A stretch of DNA of 64,000 nucleotides, taken from NCBI GenBank assembly GCA_045133795.1, contig JBGUUT010000126.1:7943-71942 (forward strand), written 5' to 3'. Source of the DNA: Spirochaetota bacterium (GTDB taxonomy: Bacteria; Spirochaetota; GWE2-31-10). Shown piece by piece: positions 56,801 through 64,000 of this stretch. The position numbers and the translations under genes are program-made. The notes under the pieces are model-generated. The model was not told where the DNA came from, ran no database searches, and was given only the letters and a program-made list of their open reading frames with translations. Each line of letters starts with the position of its first letter. The stretch's first letter is position 1.

Positions 56801-57385
56801 AAAGGTAGTAGTGGTAATCCGACATATAAATTGGTTAATACATCGACAGAGAGCGATGTTACTTGTATAATTACACTTACAAAAGACCTAAAGGTTGAAA
56901 TCTCAGAAGGATTAGTTATTAATCTTGATGATGAAACTAATAACCTTAAACAGACTATTAGAGAGTACATAAATGAAGTTGCTGGTGATGTAAACGAAAA
57001 GACAATAAGAATAACTGGTGTAGATGGCAATAACTATATAAATGATATATCTGAAGGTTTGGGGAAAGGTTCTTCTGATGCTCGTATAAATCTAGATTTA
57101 AGCGGAGTGACGGGATTGAGTGAGATTCCGGAATATGCTTTTGAAGATTGCGATAACTTGGTAAGCATTACAATTCCTGCCGGTGTAAATATAATCGGAG
57201 CAAATGCTTTTAGTGATTGTACTTCGTTAGAAGAAGTTTACTTTATGGAGACTGGTGTTATGTGGGATTTGATGGATACTGAAATTACAGTTGTGGGAAC
57301 TATCACAGTTAGTACTGATGCCAAGGAAAATGCAAGAAACCTACTAGCAAACTCTTCTTATGATTGGGGTAAATCAGATTATTAA
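53891..57385 (+). CDS. Large surface lipoprotein with Listeria-Bacteroides (Flg_new) repeats and C-terminal BspA-type leucine-rich repeats
   Basis: RBS GGAGG and a lipobox (FFGC). The Flg_new-type repeats include NGYNFAGWNP...YTAKWA and EDYIFGGWYKDKDC...LYAKWIA. The BspA-like LRR is IPEYAFEDCDNLVSITIPAGVNIIGANAFSDCTSLEEVYF. Confidence 0.7.
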   Translation: MRRAFVRTGNIFGYVSLFLMFIFFGCTQECMNGDKPEKKVEKNKHSTTLQDVVNNAAAGEEIDLAEYESITDYNAVISKQLVIKNGSLSNAKLVIDSENVKLDKVKGVSVTTLSASSLTITDSSINELLFIGKNYSDNSTSRSSKSYSFMKESSVTMNGISTVNCVTMNFSKAKLKISDGSSAETVAILDDAAISGKIEELVIKELNTAVTLEKANITNVVMDGFNSQLAVLDTETVLENVSINTECKILCNAVMSDEMEKAFTSDGVLTVVDMTEKPQLERLLILSMPTNIFSDNGEIDFTGLKVCGVYENVTSKVYTGVGEEENKEAFMKLETDYKIEVISEEDGIIKVRISKDGKECIFEMLDSEKIAKYTVKHCQENAENENYEIIVTADTETKTGKVGELTNAEAKTYEGYTVEPIEQVEITADGNATVYIKYKRNRVTLTLKFDDGTTTTDKKINGKYGVTVPTVETPTRNGYNFAGWNPQLPETFPAESTTYTAKWAKEGDYIITYELNEGTNADSNPPSYNEETLPITLADATREDYIFGGWYKDKDCTEENKVTKIPNGSTGNITLYAKWIARTLEQTFEAGYSNQNNANANGVSYNTDKGYGVVTVKAPDSTESVWDYYVRSKDVTFTYKKNYTVSVDLKADKASVVAIAAARADMFFTVGTEWTTCTFETGYLETDLSNKEQNCITIGSGLVGTLSISNLVITKTEENDNLPTLSFFIEKAGINTYLNSDFATKNIIEVEKAKDAETETKILGYKLTLNSTGVSLQLRDYAPVSGNKLNRAIFNLKTDNEILNSAVVASVASSSGYVNCWNKASVIGTSGKDCEVCFPSYSEETSGVEECAVEGIISKDANNGITEQVGNTITITNFSITNVTDLANSGKTFAIKKTENNSDIWSKSSSVPFYVDVTIPANNHTVFDVLLGNKVEEGKSFNWDDVTRFLYQKTSGELIDNSNVVKYVIDKGSSGNPTYKLVNTSTESDVTCIITLTKDLKVEISEGLVINLDDETNNLKQTIREYINEVAGDVNEKTIRITGVDGNNYINDISEGLGKGSSDARINLDLSGVTGLSEIPEYAFEDCDNLVSITIPAGVNIIGANAFSDCTSLEEVYFMETGVMWDLMDTEITVVGTITVSTDAKENARNLLANSSYDWGKSDY

Positions 57386-57407
57386 ATCTGTGATTTATTT
57401 TTAGATA

Positions 57408-57456
57408 TAAAAAAGCATACCGTAAAGTTTTTCGCTTTTAGGTATGCTTTTTTTGT
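57408..57456. terminator. Rho-independent terminator. It is copy 1 of a duplicated terminator and is bidirectional in form.
   Basis: Stem AAAAGCATACC/GGTATGCTTTT followed by a T-run. A near-identical copy lies at 57716-57759. Confidence 0.65.
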
Positions 57457-57465
57457 TGCAGTTAA

Positions 57466-57573
57466 TTATTTATTTAGCTCGGCGTAAAGTTCAGCTTTAG
57501 CTTTTATTACAGTGTCGATTAATGTGTCCGGTGCAACGATTGTTTTCTCATTGTTGGGAAAAACTTCGCTCAT
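57466..57573 (-). pseudogene. Duplicated fragment of the proS 3' end (last roughly 30 codons), with a fortuitous ATG
   Basis: The stretch at about 57471-57560 is roughly 85% identical to 57771-57863. Its translation MSEVFPNNEKTIVAPDTLIDTVIKAKAELYAELNK compares with the ProS C-terminus ...NNEKTIVALDALIDTVVKAKAELYAELNK. Confidence 0.55.
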
Positions 57574-57595
57574 GTATTACGTACATTCGCCACAG

Positions 57596-57712
57596 CCGGA
57601 ACGATGTTATTCCATTAAGCTCGAACGATGTGTTTTAGCTAGCCGGAACGATGTGTTTCATTAAGCTGGAACGATGTGTTTCATTAAGCTGGAACGATGT
57701 GTTCACGTTGCG
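57596..57712. repeat. Tandem repeat of about 23 bp x 5 (consensus GGAACGATGTGTTTCATTAAGCT), contiguous with no spacers
   Basis: Copies read at 57596, 57622, 57644, 57668 and 57691. The last copy is degenerate. Confidence 0.75.
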
Positions 57713-57715
57713 AAT

Positions 57716-57759
57716 AAAAAAGCATACCGTAAGTTTCTCGCTTTTAGGTATGCTTTTTT
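57716..57759 (-). terminator. Rho-independent terminator of proS (copy 2)
   Basis: Same stem as at 57411-57451, with a T-run on the minus strand. Confidence 0.7.
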
Positions 57760-57770
57760 GTGTAGTTTAA

Positions 57771-59498
57771 TTATTTGTTTAACTCAGCGTAAAGTTCGGC
57801 TTTGGCTTTTACTACAGTGTCGATTAAAGCGTCCAAGGCAACGATTGTTTTCTCATTGTTGCCAATAGTCACTTCTGCACCGCCGTTTTGCAATGATTTT
57901 TCGCCTAATGCAATTTTTATAGGAGAACCGATAAGGTCTGCGTCTTTAAATTTAAATCCCGGAGATGCGTTTCTGTCATCATAAAGAACTTCTATTCCGG
58001 CAGCTTTCAATTTTGCATAAATGTCTTCACAGATTTCTTTTACGTTGTTTTGGTTGTCTTTGTGCAATCCTATCAACTCTACTTCAAACGGAGCGATAGA
58101 AATAGGCCATAAGATTTTGTCTTCATCGGCACGAACTTCCAAAACACTTGCAAGAAGACGACCGACACCGATTCCGTAACATCCCATAATCATCGGAACT
58201 TCTTTTCCTTCTTTATTTAGGTACATACATTTCATAGATTGTGTGTATTTTGTACCGAGTTTAAAAATATTTCCGATTTCGATACCACGTTTTACTGTCA
58301 AAGGTTTACCGCAACATGGACAAGCTTCACCTTCGTTTACACTGGAAATATCCAAAACTTCGTCAGTATTCCAGTCTCTTCCAAAATTTGTGTTTTTTGT
58401 GTGTACATCAATTTTGTTTCCGCCGGCAATCAGATTGCTAGAGTTGGCTGCAGACTCATCTGCTATGATTCGAACTTTTTTACCGTTGAAAGTCTGTCCT
58501 ACAGGTGAGGCAAAACCTTTTACTATACCGGCAGCTTCAAGTTCTTCGTCAGTTGCAAGGAAAATTGTTTTTGCTTTCAAGTAATTGCGTAGTTTTGTTT
58601 CGTTTATTTCCAAATCTCCGCGAATTGCACAGAATGCCAATTCTTCTCCGGTAGAATAAACAACGGCTTTTAAAGTGTGGTCGGCTGTAGTTCCCAAGAA
58701 TGTTGCAACTTCATCGATAGTTTTTTGGTTCGGTGTAGCGACATCTTCCATCGACAACATTTCTTCTTTCAAATAATCACGTTTTGCTTTTGCAACTTCT
58801 TTGTTTGCACGGTAGTCGCATGATGAACAAATTACGAGTGTATCTTCACCGGCTTCTGTTACAGCCATAAATTCATCAGCTCCGGAACCTCCCATCATTC
58901 CGGTATCGGAAGAAACTGCAAGGGCGTTGATTCCGCAACGTTTGAAAATTTTATGATATGCATCGTACATTTCTTGATAATATTTTTCTAAATCTTCGTA
59001 AGATTCATGGTAAGAGTAAGCGTCTTTCATTACGAATTCACGTACTCGGATTAAACCGCCTCGAACTCTCGGTTCATCACGGAATTTAGTTTGTAATTGG
59101 TAAACTTTCATCGGTAATTGCTTGTAAGATGTCACGGCATAACGAATTAAATCGGTAACGATTTCTTCGTGTGTCATGCTCAAAACCATTTTTCTGCCGC
59201 TTCTGTCATCAAAGCGAAGTAATTCTTCTCCGACCCTTTCGTAGCGACCGGACTCTGCCCAAAGTGAAGCCGGTACTGCTACAGGCATATTGATTTCTTG
59301 ACAGCCGGTAGCGTCCATTTCTTCACGAATTATATTTTCTATTTTCTTTAAAGCTCGCCAAGCGATAGGTAAGTAAGTAAATATACCGGCTCCGACTTGT
59401 TTTACATAGCCGCCGCGTAATAATAATTTGTGACTTTTTAAATCTGCGTCTTTTGGTGTTTCTTTTGTTGTTTTTAATAAATATCCGGAAAGTTTCAT
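57771..59498 (-). CDS. proS: Proline--tRNA ligase (bacterial type with an editing INS domain)
   Basis: Class II motifs, the length (575 aa), and an N-terminus typical of ProS (MKLS.YLLKTTKE). Confidence 0.9.
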   Translation of the reverse strand: MKLSGYLLKTTKETPKDADLKSHKLLLRGGYVKQVGAGIFTYLPIAWRALKKIENIIREEMDATGCQEINMPVAVPASLWAESGRYERVGEELLRFDDRSGRKMVLSMTHEEIVTDLIRYAVTSYKQLPMKVYQLQTKFRDEPRVRGGLIRVREFVMKDAYSYHESYEDLEKYYQEMYDAYHKIFKRCGINALAVSSDTGMMGGSGADEFMAVTEAGEDTLVICSSCDYRANKEVAKAKRDYLKEEMLSMEDVATPNQKTIDEVATFLGTTADHTLKAVVYSTGEELAFCAIRGDLEINETKLRNYLKAKTIFLATDEELEAAGIVKGFASPVGQTFNGKKVRIIADESAANSSNLIAGGNKIDVHTKNTNFGRDWNTDEVLDISSVNEGEACPCCGKPLTVKRGIEIGNIFKLGTKYTQSMKCMYLNKEGKEVPMIMGCYGIGVGRLLASVLEVRADEDKILWPISIAPFEVELIGLHKDNQNNVKEICEDIYAKLKAAGIEVLYDDRNASPGFKFKDADLIGSPIKIALGEKSLQNGGAEVTIGNNEKTIVALDALIDTVVKAKAELYAELNK

Positions 59499-59629
59499 TT
59501 TATCTCCTTTTAAATTACGGAAAATATTTTATTACGAATGTTTTTTTGTATGTATTTGAAAAACAGGGCATTTTACAAAAAATTACAGGAAATGCAATGT
59601 ATCTACGCTAATTTACAACTGCAAAAATG

Positions 59630-60028
59630 TTATTTTTGACAAATAAGACTGGCAAGAGTTCGTTGTGCGAAATAGTCTTCGATATTGTTAGATAATCCTT
59701 TCCACAATGAATTCATAATACACTCGTCACCGTTTGGGCAAAGATTGTCGTTGCAATCATTCAAACATACAGTTCCGTCAAGTGCATGGTAAATATTTAA
59801 TAAAGTAATATCTTGCGGTGCATGGAGTAATAAATAACCGCCTTTTGCACCGCGAGAAACTTTAACCAGACCGGCTTTTTTTAAAGAAGTCGCAATTTGT
59901 TCTAGATATTTCGGCGAAATCTGTTCCTTGTCGGCGACTTCTTTTATTTGTACGAGTTGATCCGGATAATTTAATGCAAGATTTATCATGAAACGAAAAC
60001 CGTAACGAACTTTTGCAGAGATTTTCAC
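59630..60028 (-). CDS. Rrf2 family transcriptional regulator (IscR-like, with a 3-Cys cluster-ligand motif)
   Basis: The wHTH segment ISPKYLEQIATSLKKAGLVKVSRGAKGGYLL and the cysteine motif C-x5-C-x5-C. Confidence 0.8.
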   Translation of the reverse strand: MKISAKVRYGFRFMINLALNYPDQLVQIKEVADKEQISPKYLEQIATSLKKAGLVKVSRGAKGGYLLLHAPQDITLLNIYHALDGTVCLNDCNDNLCPNGDECIMNSLWKGLSNNIEDYFAQRTLASLICQK

Positions 60029-60039
60029 TTTAGATAATC

Positions 60040-61059
60040 CTATTTGCTTACGATTTCAATCATTTTTTTCAAAGATTGAGCTGCAAATTCTTTATATTGC
60101 GATTCAACATTTACAAGGTTTTCCAAAGCAACTCCATTTTCGATATGTTGCTTTACGTTTTGTAATGATTTAAGCAAAAGTTCCGGTGTTGTTTTTGCCA
60201 TGTTTGTACATACGGAGTCTTTTAGCATATAAATATTTTTTGTCGGGAATTCGACAGCCAAACGTTTTACAAATGTACTTTCAGTTCCCACAATCCAGCT
60301 GCTTCCGTCCGGTGATGCGGCTATTTTTTTCAAAATGTATTCTGTAGAACCGCTGTCGTCAGAGTTATCAACTACATCTTTTGTACTTTCCGGATGGACA
60401 ATAACTTTTGCTTCCGGATATTTTTTTCGCATTTCTGTAACGTCTGAAACAGTAAAATTTAGGTGAATCGGACAGAAGCCGTCCCAAAGAATTACTTTTT
60501 CGTTGTTATATTCAGATATATTTTTGCAATTTATAGTATCTTTTTCTGTCAGTCCCAGCTTCATCGCTGTATTGATTCCCAAATTTCTGTCCGGAAAGAA
60601 CAGAACTTTTTTGCCTTGATTTAAATAGTATTTCATAATTTTTTCGGCATTTGATGAAGTACACACACTTCCGCCGTGTTTTCCGCAGAAACTTTTTAAA
60701 TCTGCGTATGAATTCATATAGACAATCGGAGCGATATTATCTTTGTCCGGTAAAGACGCAAATATTTTTTCTACAGTGTCCAAATCTGCCATGTTTGCCA
60801 TAGGACAGTCTGCTGTCGGAGCAGGAATGACTACTTTTTGTCCGGAAGTGCTTAAAATGTCAGCACATTGTGCCATAAATAAAACACCGCAGAAAACAAT
60901 GAATTCAGCATTTGTTTTACAACAATCTACTGCTAACATATAAGAATCTCCGACAAAATCAGCGACATCTACGACATCTTTTGCTTGATAGTGATGTACC
61001 GGAATTACAACTTTATTGCCCAATTCTTTTTTTAATGCTTTAATTTCATTCATAACCAT
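60040..61059 (-). CDS. nadA: Quinolinate synthase A
   Basis: HHYQ, IVFCGVLFMAQCADIL, the three conserved Cys, and the length. Confidence 0.85.
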   Translation of the reverse strand: MVMNEIKALKKELGNKVVIPVHHYQAKDVVDVADFVGDSYMLAVDCCKTNAEFIVFCGVLFMAQCADILSTSGQKVVIPAPTADCPMANMADLDTVEKIFASLPDKDNIAPIVYMNSYADLKSFCGKHGGSVCTSSNAEKIMKYYLNQGKKVLFFPDRNLGINTAMKLGLTEKDTINCKNISEYNNEKVILWDGFCPIHLNFTVSDVTEMRKKYPEAKVIVHPESTKDVVDNSDDSGSTEYILKKIAASPDGSSWIVGTESTFVKRLAVEFPTKNIYMLKDSVCTNMAKTTPELLLKSLQNVKQHIENGVALENLVNVESQYKEFAAQSLKKMIEIVSK

Positions 61060-61226
61060 ATCTAACTCCTAGTTTTGTAAATTATCATATCTGATTTTGA
61101 AATGGAAGTTTTTACAAAAAAACTCAGTTTTAGTAGTACTTAAAAGGTATACATTAATATAATTTTTATGTATAAAAACATATTCAACTTATATAATTTC
61201 AGATTGGAAAATTTAAGGAAGGTGGA

Positions 61227-63944
61227 ATGAGATATTTTTTGATTGTAATGACGTGTTTTATGTATTTGTCTTTTCTTGCTTGTTCGGCTCCGACGGAAGA
61301 TTTGAAAAATACAGAAAATGAGAGCAGTAATAAGGTAATCATAGATATTCAAAAAAATCAGTTTTCTCTTACTTACGGCGGCGAAGAAATAAAAGATAAT
61401 AAAGCTTTTGCAAAAAGCGGTGCCGCATTAAAAGTTTTGACAGATATTTCTGATAAGACCGGAGATTTGTCTTTCCGATGGTACAAAGATGATAAAGAAA
61501 TTTCGGGTGCTACAAAGGATTCTTATGTCGTTACTGAATATGCAACCTATTACTGTGTTGTGTCAAATCTTATAGCCGGGGAAGATTATAAGGAAGATGT
61601 TACAACAGATAAGGTTGAAATAGTTCAAAATGAGATTTCATTTCAGGATGTTGTAAACAATGCAGAAAGCCGTTCGGCAAAAAAGTTGACTATTACCGAT
61701 ACTGCGGTTTCTTATGATTCGGAAGAAATTGAGCTGGGAGATGGTTTCAGTCAATATTCTTTTACCGGAGGAGATGCGGTAATAAAAAAGAGTTTGGTGA
61801 TTTCATCATCAGCTGGTTCTTCACTTTTAAATAAATCTAAATTATCAATAGATGTAGATAAAGTAACTTTGAATAAAGTGACGCTTTCTACGGTCGAAGC
61901 AACGTCTTTGCTCGGAAAAGGTTCACTTACAATAACAGATTCAAAATTAAGTAATTTGTTGATAAACGGCGGTGGTTATAACTCTATTCATTTAGAGGGG
62001 GCCAATGATATCGAAAATGCCAGTTTCGGGAAGTTGGATGACGGCAGAACTGAATATACTCGTGTAGAAATTGCTGCAAACGGAAAAACTACGATTGGTA
62101 CTTTAGATGTTTCTGAAGGTAGCGGAATATTGGATTCTAAAGGAAACGGCGTGGTAAAAAATATGATATTCAACGGTAATTCACGCAGTGGTAACGATGA
62201 AAAGTTTTCTGTGGAAAGCTTGGCTCTTGATTTATCTTCGAATGTTACAATTCCGGAAGGCGTTATTACGATTTATTTTGGTAAAGATAACGATGGAAAA
62301 TATGAACCGAAATTTAAAATATTTTTATCTCCTACTGTAATGCTTAATGAAACTTTTTTAAATCAGGCGGGATTAAAACTTTGGGGGGATGATTTCTATG
62401 GTTATTCATGGCGTGATGTGGATAGCGAAAAAAAATATGAGATAACAATCTTAACAAGAAGTGTTATCAGCGATTTATTGAAAGATGATACAAAGATTCT
62501 TAAGTTGTCTTGTGCGGCAAAGGAAAAAGCAATTTTTTTACCGCATATTATGCCGACAGAATGCTTAATGTTTAAAAATAATAATTGGATTACTGCCGTA
62601 AAACAATTTCATTTGACGCATTATTCTAAATTGTATGAATCTTTAAGTAATCACGAAGATACAATCGATATTGATGATCAGGAAGAAGTAGAATTGGAAA
62701 CTCTTTTACTTAATCCGGATACTGACGATTACGTATATCCGGATTTAAAAGGGTATGAAAATGCTTTTTCCGTAGTTCATGATAATAACCGTAATGTTTA
62801 TGCTACGATAGCTTGCGGAAATGTTACGAGTACCACAGACTTAACACGTTATGGGCACTTTTATATAAAAATGTTGCGTGAAGAAGATATTACCGACAGT
62901 TTGAACGGAAAAGAAAGTAATATTAGTATGGAAAAAATATTTGAATTACCGGATTATCTTACAGACTTAAGTTATTTAGGGGGGGTATCTTCTGACTATT
63001 CTGCTGTAAATACAAAAGTTGCTTATTTTATGAATGTAGGCGATTTTTGTTTTAACAATAATTTTGTAGCTTCTTTTGCCAGATTGGCTGTAAACGGTGA
63101 CGGAACTAAGTTGTATTTATTGACCGGTGCGGACGGTAAGGATATGACCGGAGAAACTTACAAGCTTTGTGTTTATGATTTAACAAGTAAAAGTGATAGA
63201 ATTTCACCGACAGAAATCAGTGTGACTTGGAAATCTGGAGTTCCGCAAGCAATGGCATTGAGTGAAGACGGAACTAAGTTGTATGTCGCAGAAATTGCTT
63301 ATAGTGTAGATGGTTATGAAGGGATTTCTGTAGAAGATTATAATAGTTATATAAATACTTATACATTAAACGAAAATTCAGCTGTTTATTCTGGAGAATT
63401 ACTTTCTTATTGTGATTTGCCGGATACAAGCGATTTTGGATACGCCAATTTAAACAGTAAACTTTTCTTTGGTAAAACTCGTGTCGGAGTCAGCGACATG
63501 AAAACCGGTAATGGATGTTTGTACATAACAACGGAGAATGTAAATAGGCACGTTTCTGTTTCGCCGAAAGTTACTCGTTATAGCCGTGGTGCTTTAACTA
63601 TTGTAGATTTAAGTACCGGAGAGATTAAAGCAGGAAAAGAAGCAATCGGTTGGTCGGAAAGTAATATTCCTACAGAGGCGAAAGAGTATTCTTGTTTTTA
63701 CGGTCCGACAAGAATTTTAGCTGTAGAACCGAAAAAGATTATAATCCTTGATGACGGAAACATTGATGATGAGGAAGTTCTTGATTTCTCTTTGAATATG
63801 TCAGGTTCTGCAATATGGAGCGAAAAATTCTTAAAGCAGAAAAATAGAGTGGCAGTATACGATTTGGAAAAAGAAACGTTAAACTTTGCCAATATGGGGT
63901 CTGCTTTCGGTTTGTATTCAACTCGAGTTAACGGTTCATTCTAA
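61227..63944 (+). CDS. Large surface lipoprotein, paralogous at its N-terminus to the 53891..57385 protein
   Basis: Lipobox (LACS). ISFQDVVNNAESR...LTITDTAV parallels TTLQDVVNNAAAG...LTITDSSI in the other protein. It is Asp/Gly-rich with beta-propeller-like repeats. Confidence 0.65.
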   Translation: MRYFLIVMTCFMYLSFLACSAPTEDLKNTENESSNKVIIDIQKNQFSLTYGGEEIKDNKAFAKSGAALKVLTDISDKTGDLSFRWYKDDKEISGATKDSYVVTEYATYYCVVSNLIAGEDYKEDVTTDKVEIVQNEISFQDVVNNAESRSAKKLTITDTAVSYDSEEIELGDGFSQYSFTGGDAVIKKSLVISSSAGSSLLNKSKLSIDVDKVTLNKVTLSTVEATSLLGKGSLTITDSKLSNLLINGGGYNSIHLEGANDIENASFGKLDDGRTEYTRVEIAANGKTTIGTLDVSEGSGILDSKGNGVVKNMIFNGNSRSGNDEKFSVESLALDLSSNVTIPEGVITIYFGKDNDGKYEPKFKIFLSPTVMLNETFLNQAGLKLWGDDFYGYSWRDVDSEKKYEITILTRSVISDLLKDDTKILKLSCAAKEKAIFLPHIMPTECLMFKNNNWITAVKQFHLTHYSKLYESLSNHEDTIDIDDQEEVELETLLLNPDTDDYVYPDLKGYENAFSVVHDNNRNVYATIACGNVTSTTDLTRYGHFYIKMLREEDITDSLNGKESNISMEKIFELPDYLTDLSYLGGVSSDYSAVNTKVAYFMNVGDFCFNNNFVASFARLAVNGDGTKLYLLTGADGKDMTGETYKLCVYDLTSKSDRISPTEISVTWKSGVPQAMALSEDGTKLYVAEIAYSVDGYEGISVEDYNSYINTYTLNENSAVYSGELLSYCDLPDTSDFGYANLNSKLFFGKTRVGVSDMKTGNGCLYITTENVNRHVSVSPKVTRYSRGALTIVDLSTGEIKAGKEAIGWSESNIPTEAKEYSCFYGPTRILAVEPKKIIILDDGNIDDEEVLDFSLNMSGSAIWSEKFLKQKNRVAVYDLEKETLNFANMGSAFGLYSTRVNGSF

Positions 63945-63967
63945 AAAAACTAAGTCAATAATTTTAA

Positions 63968-64000
63968 AAGACACATTTCGTTTGTGAAGTGTGTCTTTTT
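63968..64000 (+). terminator. Rho-independent terminator
   Basis: Stem AGACACATTTC/GAAGTGTGTCT followed by a T-run at the window end. Confidence 0.5.

Noticed and set aside
54571-57030. Minus-strand ORFs (68-123 aa) inside the large LRR lipoprotein gene
   Set aside because: They are antisense to a long ORF with a clear domain structure and have no translation signals.
57596-57712. Possible CRISPR array suggested by the 23-bp repeats
   Set aside because: The repeats are contiguous with no unique spacers, they degenerate towards one end, and there are no cas genes in the window. This is a minisatellite, not CRISPR.

Overview
This is an AT-rich (about 33-35% GC) bacterial chromosomal window with dense coding on both strands. 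The gene content points to a spirochete, probably a host-associated Treponema, but that is an inference. The supporting features are an flgG/flgF-type flagellar rod gene, divergent rpmB, yicC-gmk-rpoZ, clpS-clpA-aat, smc, rny, rpsI-rplM, proS, nadA plus an Rrf2 regulator, and several large BspA-like LRR surface lipoproteins.

I can support about 60 coding sequences. Most are housekeeping: smc, rimO, a UvrD/PcrA helicase, gatC, folE, rny, an M32 carboxypeptidase, a chemoreceptor, lgt, a maltose-type ABC transporter, a histidine ammonia-lyase-like gene, miaA, two peptidyl-prolyl isomerases, plsC, proS and nadA.

The non-routine content is as follows:
- An accessory islet at about 875-3520. It holds a gene with a nucleoside 2-deoxyribosyltransferase-like (SLOG) N-terminal domain, a GC-rich (about 48%) Bacteroidetes-type HU-HIG/DUF4469-like gene that looks horizontally acquired, a tandem array of TCTCATA-N6-TATGAGA palindromes, an A16 homopolymer, and mosaic hairpin-containing direct repeats.
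- A standalone 731-aa protein at 24292-26487: an unknown all-alpha N-terminal domain, a long coiled coil, then a compact UvrD-like SF1 helicase core. It is a candidate single-gene defence protein.
- A MurF-like Mur ligase whose N-terminal substrate domain is replaced by a roughly 200-aa polytopic membrane domain.
- MalF and MalG permeases with very large periplasmic insertions.
- An unlisted 29-aa extremely basic peptide gene resembling ribosomal protein bS22.
- A duplication of the proS 3' end and its terminator, flanking a 23-bp x 5 tandem repeat.
- Two paralogous giant surface proteins.

I see no rRNA, tRNA, CRISPR array, transposase or integrase in the window.
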